Source of the DNA: Clostridia bacterium
GTDB lineage: Bacteria; Bacillota; Clostridia; Oscillospirales; CAG-382
Reading direction: 5' to 3'
Assembly (NCBI GenBank): GCA_017537345.1
Contig: JAFYKY010000021.1
Span: forward strand, 18,554-82,553
Length of the DNA: 64,000 nucleotides
Shown here in pieces: positions 45,836-55,188 of this stretch. Position 1 is the stretch's first letter. Each line of letters opens with the position of its first letter. Under the pieces are notes generated by a model that made no database searches, was not told where the DNA came from, and saw nothing but the letters and a program-made list of their open reading frames with translations. The position numbers were made by a program, and so were the translations under genes.

Positions 45836-47632
45836 TTATTTCTTTACGATTGCCTTCTTGGGGCAGCTGGAGAGACATACTTCGCACTTGATACACTTGT
45901 CCTGATCTATAACGTAAGGGCTCTTGATAACGCCGGAAATAGCACCAACAGGGCACTTTCTGGAGCAGAGAGAACAGCCGATACATTTTTCGGGGTCGAT
46001 AGTGATCTTTGCAAGAGCCTTACAAGCGCCTGCGGGACATCTCTTTTCACGGATATGAGCTTCATACTCATCACGGAAATAACGGATAGTGGAAAGTACG
46101 GGGTTGGGAGCTGTCTGACCCAAGCCGCAGAGTGCGGTAGCCTTGATCATATTACCAAGCTCTTCAAGCTTTTCGATATCGCCTTCTTCGCCCTTGCCTT
46201 CGGTGATACGCTCAAGAATTTCAAGCATTCTTCTGGTACCTACACGGCAGGGAGTACACTTACCGCAGGATTCATCAACGGTAAAACCGAGGAAGAACTT
46301 TGCAATATCTACCATACAGTTGTCTTCGTCCATTACGATCAGACCGCCGGAGCCCATCATGGAGCCGATAGCGATAAGGTTATCGTAATCAACGGGAGTA
46401 TCAATAAGGTCTGCAGGGATACATCCGCCGGAAGGACCGCCGGTCTGAGCTGCTTTAAACTTCTTGCCGTTGGGAATACCGCCGCCGATCTCTTCGATAA
46501 TGGTGCGGAGAGGAGTACCCATGGGAATTTCAACAAGACCGGTGTTGGTTATCTTGCCGCCCAGAGCAAATACCTTGGTGCCGTGAGATTTTTCGGTACC
46601 GATACCCTTGAACCAATCTGCGCCGTTAATGATGATCTGGGGAATGTTTGCGTAAGTTTCAACGTTGTTAAGTATAGTGGGCTTGCCGAACAGACCCTTC
46701 ACTGCAGGGAAAGGAGGACGGGGTCTGGGCTCGCCGCGGTGACCTTCGATAGAGGTCATAAGTGCGGTTTCTTCGCCGCAAACGAATGCGCCTGCGCCGA
46801 GACGGATATCCAGATCAAAGCTGAAGTCTGTTCCAAATATATTTTTACCTAAAAGACCGTATTCTTTTGCCTGATTAATAGCAGTGGTAAGACGCTGTAC
46901 AGCGATAGGATACTCTGCACGAACGTATATGTAACCCTGGTCAGCGCCGATAGCGTATCCTGCGATCGCCATTGCTTCGATAACAGCGTGGGGGTCGCCT
47001 TCGAGGATAGATCTGTCCATAAATGCACCGGGGTCGCCTTCGTCTGCGTTACAGCAAACGTATTTCTGAACGTTGCCTCTGTTGCCGGAAGCAAATTTCC
47101 ACTTAAGACCGGTGGGGAAGCCTGCGCCGCCGCGTCCGCGGATGCCGGAATCCAGAACGAGAGAAATAACTTCATCGGGAGTCATTTCGGTAAGACACTT
47201 ACCCAAAGCTGCATAACCGTCGCGTCCGATATATTCTTCGATATTTTCGGGGTCGATAACGCCGCAGTTACGAAGAGCTATACGCATCTGGCTCTTGTAG
47301 AATGCGGTTTCGTTAAGAGAAGAAGCAGTTTCGCCGCCTTCAACAACGGGATCGTTGTAAACCAGTCGCTGAACGGGACGTCCCTTAAGAAGATGCTCTT
47401 CCACGATTTCGGGAATGTCTTCCGCAGTAACTCTGGAATAGAAGATACCCTCGGGATAAACTATCATTATGGGGCCGAGAGCGCACAGACCGAAGCATCC
47501 GGTCTGGACCATTTTAATTTCCTCAGTAAGTCCGTGCTTTTCAAGCTCGGCGGTCAGTGCTTTTCTTACAGCGGCACTGCCGGAGGAGGTACAACCTGTA
47601 CCTGCGCAAATAAGTACGTGAGCGCGAATCAT
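45836..47632 (-). CDS. hydB: Bifurcating hydrogenase flavin subunit (HydB/NuoF-like)
   Basis: GRGGAGFP, ADEGDPGAFM, CGEETAL, RPPFP, GGPSG, SCGKCTPCR and two C-terminal 4Fe-4S motifs. Confidence 0.95.
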   Translation of the reverse strand: MIRAHVLICAGTGCTSSGSAAVRKALTAELEKHGLTEEIKMVQTGCFGLCALGPIMIVYPEGIFYSRVTAEDIPEIVEEHLLKGRPVQRLVYNDPVVEGGETASSLNETAFYKSQMRIALRNCGVIDPENIEEYIGRDGYAALGKCLTEMTPDEVISLVLDSGIRGRGGAGFPTGLKWKFASGNRGNVQKYVCCNADEGDPGAFMDRSILEGDPHAVIEAMAIAGYAIGADQGYIYVRAEYPIAVQRLTTAINQAKEYGLLGKNIFGTDFSFDLDIRLGAGAFVCGEETALMTSIEGHRGEPRPRPPFPAVKGLFGKPTILNNVETYANIPQIIINGADWFKGIGTEKSHGTKVFALGGKITNTGLVEIPMGTPLRTIIEEIGGGIPNGKKFKAAQTGGPSGGCIPADLIDTPVDYDNLIAIGSMMGSGGLIVMDEDNCMVDIAKFFLGFTVDESCGKCTPCRVGTRRMLEILERITEGKGEEGDIEKLEELGNMIKATALCGLGQTAPNPVLSTIRYFRDEYEAHIREKRCPAGACKALAKITIDPEKCIGCSLCSRKCPVGAISGVIKSPYVIDQDKCIKCEVCLSSCPKKAIVKK

Positions 47633-47649
47633 TTATACGTTTCCTCCGT

Positions 47650-48021
47650 TTATATTTTATAATTTCCTATAGTGTATTCGGTTACGATCTTGCCGCCCTT
47701 AATGTGCTCTGCAACGATACGCTTTGCCATATCGGGAGTAACCTTAACGTAAGTAACCTTTTCTTTGCCTGCTTCAAAAACCTCAACAACGGGCTCGTAC
47801 TGGCAAATGCCGATACAACCGGTCTGGGTTACGGTAGCTTTGGAGGAGAGATCCTCTTTTGCAACCTCTTCTACAAGGGTGTTAAGAACAGGTCTTGCGC
47901 CTGCGGCGATACCGCAGGTTGCCATACCAACTACTATGCGTATTCCGTTTACGCCTTCGCGGATACCGACCTTGTCCTTCATCTTTTCTCTGATCTGGGC
48001 AAGTTCTGCTAATGTTTTCAT
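47650..48021 (-). CDS. Thioredoxin-like ferredoxin subunit (HydD/HndB-like)
   Basis: VGMATCGIAAGA and TGCIGICQYEP motifs. Confidence 0.88.
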   Translation of the reverse strand: MKTLAELAQIREKMKDKVGIREGVNGIRIVVGMATCGIAAGARPVLNTLVEEVAKEDLSSKATVTQTGCIGICQYEPVVEVFEAGKEKVTYVKVTPDMAKRIVAEHIKGGKIVTEYTIGNYKI

Positions 48022-48050
48022 TACAAAAGATCCTTTCTTTTTCGGTATAT

Positions 48051-48596
48051 TTACATTTTTATATTTTCATACTGTTGTTTGACGTAATCCTTTATCCAAA
48101 GCTGTACGTCGGGATTTGAAAGGGGTAATCCCTGCAGGACTTCTCGCAAAGCCCTTGTGTCCAGTTCCACCTCGCCGTTTTCGGTTTGGTGGCGGAAGAC
48201 CATATCTCCCTCTCCGCATCCCTGCGCCAAAAGGCAGACTGTGGATGCAATGTCTCCCAAGGGGGTAAAATCTATATGGTCTTTAAAAAACACTCCGGTT
48301 ATCACCGTACCGTGATCTTCAGGCTTTTGGGAGCTTTGTATCTCAATGTAACCGCCGGTCTGTTCGGCAGCCAGACGGAACAAAGGGATGCCCAGTCCCA
48401 CCTTTCTGGTAGTGCGGGTGGTATAAAAGGGGTTGGAAACCTTTAAAAGCGTTTCTTCGCTCATGCCGCATCCATCGTCTTTAACCTGAATTATAAATCG
48501 GTTTTCCTTTTCGGTAAGCAGTATCTCGGTAAGAGATGCTCCTGCGGTAAAGGAATTTTGGGCGATATCAAGTATGTTAAGGGACAGTTCTTTCAT
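48051..48596 (-). CDS. Stand-alone HATPase_c (histidine kinase-like ATPase) protein
   Basis: ELSLNILDIAQNS, DDGCGM, PFYTTR..RKVGLG and GT boxes. Confidence 0.85.
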   Translation of the reverse strand: MKELSLNILDIAQNSFTAGASLTEILLTEKENRFIIQVKDDGCGMSEETLLKVSNPFYTTRTTRKVGLGIPLFRLAAEQTGGYIEIQSSQKPEDHGTVITGVFFKDHIDFTPLGDIASTVCLLAQGCGEGDMVFRHQTENGEVELDTRALREVLQGLPLSNPDVQLWIKDYVKQQYENIKM

Positions 48597-49321
48597 TTTT
48601 CGCCTCGCAGATAATCAATAATACGGTTTCGCACCTCATGGGATGTACCGTGGGCGGAAACTGGCAAAAAGTTAACTGCTTCGTTAATATCCCACAGCAG
48701 GTGAGCGTCGCTGTCGGAAATAACGGGAGTATTTTCGAGCATGGGATTTTTTGAAAATATCTCTTCTTTTTTTGAAATATCCTTTATCTCCACGCAATCG
48801 AACACCGGTGTTTCCGGCATCATACCCAAAATCCCGATCATTCCGTTTGAGGTCTTATCAATATGGGCGGGTACGCAAGCGGCGTCGTATCGGGATGCCA
48901 TTTCGTAAACTTCGTCTACCGAAAGGGCGGACGCCACAGATAAAAGATATTCATATTCACCGATCACCTTATCGTCCTTATCCAGTATCTGCTGATGCCC
49001 GAAAAGGTCGACACGGTTTTTAATTTTTGTTCGGTATTTATCAAATTCCGCTTCAAATCGTTCCGCGTCGTCTACCGAACGGAAATATACCAGCAGGTGT
49101 ATTTCCTCCGAAGTGGTTATCTCCATTCCCGGTATTGCCACCACACCGTATTGCTCGCAAGCGAATTCAAACGCCCGTACGTTCATACAAGTGTTGTGGT
49201 CGGTAAGAGCCGCGGCACGCAGATTTTTTATCTTTGCCATTCCTGCGATATTATTTACTGTCATATCGTCATCACCGCAGGGGGAAAGACAGGAATGTAT
49301 ATGCAGGTCGTAGGATGTCAT
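48593..49321 (-). CDS. PHP-domain phosphoesterase
   Basis: DLHIHSCLSPC, TDHN, AHID and SDAH motifs. Confidence 0.88.
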   Translation of the reverse strand: MTSYDLHIHSCLSPCGDDDMTVNNIAGMAKIKNLRAAALTDHNTCMNVRAFEFACEQYGVVAIPGMEITTSEEIHLLVYFRSVDDAERFEAEFDKYRTKIKNRVDLFGHQQILDKDDKVIGEYEYLLSVASALSVDEVYEMASRYDAACVPAHIDKTSNGMIGILGMMPETPVFDCVEIKDISKKEEIFSKNPMLENTPVISDSDAHLLWDINEAVNFLPVSAHGTSHEVRNRIIDYLRGEK

Positions 49322-49644
49322 AGTATCTTGCTCAATTTAATGCAGATATCGTAAGCGCTGTCGGGCATAAGCAGAATATTTACTCCTCTTGCCTCCGCCA
49401 TAGCGATCACGTCATCTTCGGGGCGGGCGTTTTCGCCGATAATGACACAGCTCACGTCTGCCAGCGAAGCAACCGCAGGCACGTTTATGTTTGACATTAT
49501 GGTAACCCACACGTTGCAGGCACGGGCTTTTCCCATTACCCAGCTGAGCAGATCGCCGGTATAACAGCCGCGCACAGTTTTATCCCCTTCGGGCAGAGAA
49601 AGCACCTGAGGATTTAAATGTGTAATAAGCTGGTTAACCGTCAT
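49318..49644 (-). CDS. DRTGG-domain protein
   Basis: GDLLSWVM, VWVT.M.NINV.AVA motifs. Confidence 0.8.
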   Translation of the reverse strand: MTVNQLITHLNPQVLSLPEGDKTVRGCYTGDLLSWVMGKARACNVWVTIMSNINVPAVASLADVSCVIIGENARPEDDVIAMAEARGVNILLMPDSAYDICIKLSKIL

Positions 49645-49663
49645 CTTTTTGTACGCTCCTTTT

Positions 49664-50932
49664 TTAATTTATGCCGTTTTTCTTTTTGGCAAGCACCACG
49701 CAATCCTCGGGAACTGCCAATCCCCTCACCACATCATCCGCAAAAGCGCGGCAGTTAGGGGCACCGCAGTAACCGCAGTCTATTTCCGGCAAGGTCTCAA
49801 AAAAGCTTGCCGCTTGTGACATAAGACGTATTGCGGTTTTTCTGTCCTGAGAAAACATCCTTACGGGGTTGATTTCCGGAAATTCGCCAACGTTGTATTC
49901 TGCGGGGAAGGGATAATCCATTCCATGCATATCCGGTCGATTCTGGCTTACCGGAAGGTATCTTCTTATGTTTTGTAATCTTACTCTTGCAATATAGGGG
50001 TTTTCCATAGTGAGAACACCGCCCACACATCCGCCGGGACAAGCGTTAAGCTCAATAAAATCCAGGCAGGGGTAGGAGCCGGTCTCAATATCGTCAAGCA
50101 CCTTTATTACGTTTTCTATCCCGTCTGCCGCAAGATATCTGTCGTTCAGCAGGGAAGAGGATTCGCCGCCGCTGGTAGCCCAGTTCACACCTATCATTCC
50201 CGTGCGGGAAAGGGGTTCGGGGGCAATTTCACTCTTCATGGTGTTAAGCAGTTCAAAGTACATATCGCTCATGGATACTACCAGATCGATATTACTGCTT
50301 TTTTCACCGCACAGAGCGTTTTTAACGTAGCTTACCTTTGCCGTGCAGGGAGATATAAAAACTACGCCGATATCTTCGTCCTTCAGCTCGGGGTGTTCTT
50401 TTTTTGCTTTCTCCCGTGCCAGCTTTCCGGCAATCTCCACGGGCGGCATTATGGGTATAAGATGCTTTGCCAGTGTGGGAAATCTTAAAGAGATAAGCCT
50501 TACGATAACGGGACAGGCAGAGCTTATTACGGGACGCTGAACATTCTCCGTTTTTAAATAATGCCTTGTATATTCCGTTACCATTTCCGCCGCGCAGGCT
50601 ACTTCGAACACGTCATCAAATCCGTAATCAAGCAGTCCCTTAAGCATACAGTCAACATCATCCAGATTATCGAACTGACCGTACAGCGTAGGTGGCGGCA
50701 GAGCTATTTTGTATTTGAAATTGTTTATGCTTTCAAGCGGATCGTAAATTGCTTTTTTAGCTTTGTGGGGACACAGCCGTATACATTCACCGCAGTCTAT
50801 ACATCTTTCGGTGTTTATAACCGCACGTCCGTCTCGTATACGTATCGCTTCCGTGGGACATCTGCGAAGACAGTGGGTACAGCCTTTGCATTTTTCCGAT
50901 TCCAGCGACACCGAGTGTCTGTAAACCGACAT
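49664..50932 (-). CDS. Group D (putative sensory) [FeFe]-hydrogenase
   Basis: Two N-terminal 4Fe-4S motifs; divergent H-cluster motifs SSACP, SPCTAK and ELNACPGGCVGG; C-terminal DCGYCGAPNC...C Fe-S motif. Confidence 0.88.
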   Translation of the reverse strand: MSVYRHSVSLESEKCKGCTHCLRRCPTEAIRIRDGRAVINTERCIDCGECIRLCPHKAKKAIYDPLESINNFKYKIALPPPTLYGQFDNLDDVDCMLKGLLDYGFDDVFEVACAAEMVTEYTRHYLKTENVQRPVISSACPVIVRLISLRFPTLAKHLIPIMPPVEIAGKLAREKAKKEHPELKDEDIGVVFISPCTAKVSYVKNALCGEKSSNIDLVVSMSDMYFELLNTMKSEIAPEPLSRTGMIGVNWATSGGESSSLLNDRYLAADGIENVIKVLDDIETGSYPCLDFIELNACPGGCVGGVLTMENPYIARVRLQNIRRYLPVSQNRPDMHGMDYPFPAEYNVGEFPEINPVRMFSQDRKTAIRLMSQAASFFETLPEIDCGYCGAPNCRAFADDVVRGLAVPEDCVVLAKKKNGIN

Positions 50933-50945
50933 CGCTTCCTCACTT

Positions 50946-51383
50946 TCACACATATACCGTCATGGTAATCTTTGTGCCCTTTCCCAGCTGGGATTCGATC
51001 ACCATTTCATCGGTATAACGTTTCATGTTGGGAAGTCCCATTCCCGCGCCGAACCCAAGGGAACGTATATTATCGGGTGCGGTGGAAAAGCCTTCCTGCA
51101 TCGCCTGATCAATATCGGCAATGCCGGGGCCTTCGTCTGTAAGTATAATAACTATTCTGTCCTCTTCTATAACGACTTCAGCCTTTCCGCCGCCTGCGTG
51201 GATGACCATATTTATCTCACCTTCGTACATGGCGATAGAAACTCTGCGTATCGTTTCAGGGTCAAAGCCTGCTTCGCGAAGTCTCTTTTTTACTTTGACA
51301 GAAGCTTCTCCCGCCGAAGTAAAGTTGGCTCCGTCCACATCAAAGCAATAGGATAATTTTTTATTATCCGACACTTCTTTCAC
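50946..51383 (-). CDS. RsbT/SpoIIAB-like Ser/Thr kinase (anti-sigma-type ATPase)
   Basis: YEGEINMVIH, DEGPGI, GFST, GAGMGL and GKGT motifs. Confidence 0.85.
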   Translation of the reverse strand: MKEVSDNKKLSYCFDVDGANFTSAGEASVKVKKRLREAGFDPETIRRVSIAMYEGEINMVIHAGGGKAEVVIEEDRIVIILTDEGPGIADIDQAMQEGFSTAPDNIRSLGFGAGMGLPNMKRYTDEMVIESQLGKGTKITMTVYV

Positions 51384-51724
51384 TCCTTGCGACCGAGTCC
51401 GTTATTATAAAGCATACCGCAGGCTTCGTACATACGAAGGTTCGTAGTCATAACCACAATATCGTGTTCTGCCGCGGCAGCCAGCATTTCTTCCGTAGGC
51501 ATTTTACTGCGCACGAAAACAATGCAATGCATATCCATCATACCTGCTGTGCGTATAACCTGCAGATTAACGAGACCGGTAAGCAGTACTGCCTGATTTT
51601 TAACGTACGCCAGTACGTCGCTCATCATATCGCTGCCGCAGGCGGAGTTGACCTCCATATCGCATTTATCCTCACAGCACAGTATTTCCGCATCTAAAAT
51701 TTTTGCCAGTTCAGCAATTTTCAT
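51380..51724 (-). CDS. DRTGG-domain protein
   Basis: GSDMMSDVL, LLTGL.N.QVIRTA and IVFVRSK motifs. Confidence 0.8.
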   Translation of the reverse strand: MKIAELAKILDAEILCCEDKCDMEVNSACGSDMMSDVLAYVKNQAVLLTGLVNLQVIRTAGMMDMHCIVFVRSKMPTEEMLAAAAEHDIVVMTTNLRMYEACGMLYNNGLGRKE

Positions 51725-51740
51725 AGGTTATCCCTGCTTT

Positions 51741-52220
51741 TTATCTATATTTTTCCAGAATATCCTTAACGTCTGCGGGGGTAAGACGTCCGTAAACGTC
51801 TTCGTTTATAGTCATTACGGGAGCAAGACCGCAGCAACCGAGGCAACGGGTGTCCTGAATAGTGAACAGACCGTCTGCAGTGGTTTCGCCTGCGCCGATG
51901 CCCAGAATTTCCATAACCTTATCCAAAACTGCCTGCGCGCCTTTAACGTAGCAAGCGGTACCGGTACATACGCTGATGATATATTCGCCCTTGGGCTTAA
52001 GAGAAAACTGGGAATAGAATGTAGCAACTCCGTATACCTCGGTAAGAGGGATATCGAGAGAATCTGCTATAAGCTCCTGTGTTTCCAAAGAAAGGTATCC
52101 GAAGAGTCCCTGTGCGTACTGCATAATGGGCATAAGAGGGCCGTCCATATTCTTGTGTTCCTCAATAAACGCCTTCAGCTCGGCGGTCTTCTGCTCAATC
52201 TGCTCTTTTTTTAATGCCAT
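51741..52220 (-). CDS. hydC: Bifurcating hydrogenase 2Fe-2S subunit (HydC/NuoE-like)
   Basis: VATFYSQF, CTGTACYVKG and CLGCCGLAP motifs. Confidence 0.92.
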   Translation of the reverse strand: MALKKEQIEQKTAELKAFIEEHKNMDGPLMPIMQYAQGLFGYLSLETQELIADSLDIPLTEVYGVATFYSQFSLKPKGEYIISVCTGTACYVKGAQAVLDKVMEILGIGAGETTADGLFTIQDTRCLGCCGLAPVMTINEDVYGRLTPADVKDILEKYR

Positions 52221-52304
52221 TCTTTCTGTCCTCCTGAAAAAACTTATTTAACAGTATTAGACCTGTTCGTTTTAAATTTGTATATTGATACATAATTTCA
52301 TTCT

Positions 52305-52333
52305 ATGATAGCATACTTTTGTGTTTTTTTCAA
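52305..52333 (-). promoter_or_regulatory. Sigma-A promoter of the hydrogenase operon
   Basis: Minus-strand TTGAAA-17-TATCAT with an extended -10 (TG). Confidence 0.6.
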
Positions 52334-52415
52334 TAAAAAACTAAAAAATGTGTAAAAATATTTGTATATTTTAGTAACATGTGTTATAATTTACCCGAAA
52401 GGAGTAATGAATGTT

Positions 52416-54074
52416 ATGAAAAACAAAACTTGGTGGCACGATAAGGTTGCGTATCAGATATATCCCCGTTCGTTTATGGATTCCAACGGTGACGGTATCG
52501 GTGATATAAACGGTATTATCAGCAAGCTCGATTATTTAAAGGATCTGGGAGTTGAGATCGTTTGGCTTTCTCCCGTTTACCGCTCTCCTATGGATGACGG
52601 CGGTTACGATATTTCCGATTACTACGATATAGATCCTATCTTCGGCAAAAAAGAGGATATGGATAAGCTTTTGGAGGAAGCAAACAAGCGGGGCATAAAG
52701 ATCCTTATGGACCTTGTTATAAACCATTGCTCCGATGAGCACGAATGGTTCCAAAAAGCTCTTGCGGACCCCAACTGCGAGGAAGCGGATTATTTTTGGT
52801 TCCGTGAAAGCGAAAACGGCCCTCCCAACAACTGGCGCTCTATGTTCGGCGGTTCTGTTTGGGAAAACGTCGGCGGTAACAGATACTATATGCATCTGTT
52901 CTCCAAAAAACAGCCCGACCTCAATTGGGAAAACCCCGTTTTAAGACAAAAGCTGTACGATATGGTCAATTATTGGCTGGATAAAGGCTTGGGCGGCTTC
53001 CGTATAGACGCTATCACCCACATAAAGAAGGATCCCACCCTTAAATCATATCCTGTGGATGCGGACGGAATGGCGGGTTGCTTTGCCCCCACAAGAAACT
53101 TCCCCGGTATTGGCGAGTATCTTACAGACCTGCGTAAAAACACCTTTGATAAATACGAATGCGTTACCGTTGCGGAAGCGGCGGGCGTGCCTTTCGGAGA
53201 TCTCGGCGCATACATAAATGCGGAGGACGGATATTTTGATACTATGTTCGATTTCTCTTATTCCGAGCCTTACGCATACGGAAACGGCTGGCACGATTGC
53301 TACCGTCCCGGTGAATGGGATTTTGCCGCTTGGAGAGATACTCTGTATATGAGCCAGACCGAAACCGAAAAGATCGGATTCGGCGCAGTGTTTATAGAAA
53401 ACCACGATTATCCCCGTTCCATAGATAAATTTATTCCCGATGCGTCCAGAAGCGTAAGAAGCCAGAAAATGCTTGGCAATATGTATTTCTTTATGCGCGG
53501 TATTCCCTTTATTTATCAGGGGCAGGAATTGGGTATGACAAACACCCGTATGGAAAAGATAGAGGATTATGACGATATCTCTACTAAAAACCATTACCGT
53601 GTTGCTTTGAGAGACGGTCTCACTCCCGAAGAAGCACTTCACGGTGTCAGCCGTTATTCCCGTGATAACGCCCGCGTTCCTTTCCCTTGGACAACGGGTG
53701 AAAACGGCGGATTTACCACCGGCACACCTTGGCTTAAATGCCATCCCGATTACAAGGAATTCGCAGCAGAAGAGCTGATGAAGGACGAAAACAGTATGTA
53801 CCACTGGTACAAGAATATGATACGCATCCGCTCCGAATACAAGGATATCCTTGTGGAAGGCTCCTTTGCGCCTATAGATTTCGGTGTTGAAAAGAGCGTG
53901 TGCTATTCCCGTACTTCCGAAAAAGGAAAGATAGTAAGCATAAACTCCTTCACTCCCGAACTCACCGAATATGCCTGCGGAGAGGGCAAGGTTATTAACG
54001 GAGACGGCATAAAGAGCTACGAAAACGGCGTGCTTACTCTTGAACCCTTCGGCTGTGCTTTGATACTTTTATAA
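52416..54074 (+). CDS. GH13 alpha-glucosidase (oligo-1,6-glucosidase subfamily)
   Basis: YQIYPRSF.DSNGDGIGD, DLVINH, QPDLN and catalytic motifs GFRIDA, AE and NHD. Confidence 0.92.
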   Translation: MKNKTWWHDKVAYQIYPRSFMDSNGDGIGDINGIISKLDYLKDLGVEIVWLSPVYRSPMDDGGYDISDYYDIDPIFGKKEDMDKLLEEANKRGIKILMDLVINHCSDEHEWFQKALADPNCEEADYFWFRESENGPPNNWRSMFGGSVWENVGGNRYYMHLFSKKQPDLNWENPVLRQKLYDMVNYWLDKGLGGFRIDAITHIKKDPTLKSYPVDADGMAGCFAPTRNFPGIGEYLTDLRKNTFDKYECVTVAEAAGVPFGDLGAYINAEDGYFDTMFDFSYSEPYAYGNGWHDCYRPGEWDFAAWRDTLYMSQTETEKIGFGAVFIENHDYPRSIDKFIPDASRSVRSQKMLGNMYFFMRGIPFIYQGQELGMTNTRMEKIEDYDDISTKNHYRVALRDGLTPEEALHGVSRYSRDNARVPFPWTTGENGGFTTGTPWLKCHPDYKEFAAEELMKDENSMYHWYKNMIRIRSEYKDILVEGSFAPIDFGVEKSVCYSRTSEKGKIVSINSFTPELTEYACGEGKVINGDGIKSYENGVLTLEPFGCALILL

Positions 54075-54086
54075 AAGGTGAAAAAT

Positions 54087-55124
54087 ATGATAAAAATAGG
54101 ATTAAGCGGAATCGGAAGAATGGGCTCTTACCATCTTGCCGTTTATGAAAGATTAATGAAAGAGGGGTTTCCCGTCAAGGTTGTGGCGGTGTGCGATGTG
54201 GATACATCCCGTCTTGACGGAAGCAAATCCACCCTTTCCAATCTTGCAGGCGAAAAAGGTAATGTTTCCGCATACAAGCAGTATACCGATCTTGACGAAA
54301 TGCTTGCAAACGAAGAGCTGGATGCGGTTGACATTATTATGCCCACCTATCTTCACAGCGCTTCGGCTGTAAAGGTGCTCAACAGCGGCAGACATTGTAT
54401 GTGCGAAAAGCCTATGGCGCTTAACGAAGAGCAGTGCCAAGCAATGATAGACGCCGCAGAAAAAAACGGCAAAACCCTTATGATCGGTCATTGCCTCCGT
54501 TTCTGGAAGGAATACGCCTATCTTAAGGATATTACCGAAAAAGGCGTTTACGGCGCCTGCCTCAAGGCATCTTTCTGGCGGGGCGGGTATCAGGACCACG
54601 TTAATTCTCCCTCCTGGCAGGATTGGATAATCACCCGTGAAAAAGGCGGCGGCGGTCTGTTCGACCAGCATATCCACGATGCAGACTGTATCCGTTGGCT
54701 GTTCGGCGACCCCGAATCCGTTTCCGTTTTCGGCAAGACCGTACATCCCAAAAGCGCTCACGATATAGTAAATGCAAACTATGTGTATGACGATAAGCCT
54801 GTTTTTGCCCATGATGATATTACGTATATGGGATATCCCTTCGGATATGGTTTTAACGTAAGCTTCGAGCACGGCACCGTGGAATATAAGGACAACGTTC
54901 TTACCGTTTATCCCGAGGCTGGTGAAAAGTTCACACCCGACCTTTCGTCCTACGGTGAAACTACGGATGCATATTACAACGAGCTTAAATACTTCCTCAC
55001 CTGTGTTCTGGAAGGTAAAACGCCCGAAAAATGTATGCCTTACGAAAGTATGCAGGCAGTAAAGCTGGTTACCGCAGAAACTGTTTCCGCAGATAACGGC
55101 GGCAAAATGATACAATATAAATAA
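54087..55124 (+). CDS. Gfo/Idh/MocA family NAD(P)-dependent oxidoreductase
   Basis: G.GRMG..H, CEKPMA and GGGLFDQHIHD motifs. Confidence 0.9.
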   Translation: MIKIGLSGIGRMGSYHLAVYERLMKEGFPVKVVAVCDVDTSRLDGSKSTLSNLAGEKGNVSAYKQYTDLDEMLANEELDAVDIIMPTYLHSASAVKVLNSGRHCMCEKPMALNEEQCQAMIDAAEKNGKTLMIGHCLRFWKEYAYLKDITEKGVYGACLKASFWRGGYQDHVNSPSWQDWIITREKGGGGLFDQHIHDADCIRWLFGDPESVSVFGKTVHPKSAHDIVNANYVYDDKPVFAHDDITYMGYPFGYGFNVSFEHGTVEYKDNVLTVYPEAGEKFTPDLSSYGETTDAYYNELKYFLTCVLEGKTPEKCMPYESMQAVKLVTAETVSADNGGKMIQYK

Positions 55125-55140
55125 AATCACCCAGACAATG

Positions 55141-55167
55141 AAAAACGCCCGAGTAATCGGGCGTTTT
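55141..55167. terminator. Bidirectional terminator
   Basis: AAAACGCCCGA-GTAA-TCGGGCGTTTT. Confidence 0.8.
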
Positions 55168-55188
55168 GATTATGGGACTTGTGGGTGT

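Noticed and set aside
44021-46852. 943-aa antisense ORF over hydA and hydB
   Set aside because: This is the same in-register shadow effect, since hydA and hydB happen to share a frame. It has no RBS and no protein-like motifs.
52221-52415. Rex box upstream of the hydrogenase operon
   Set aside because: Only half-sites are present, and nothing matches the TTGTGAA-N4-TTCACAA spacing.
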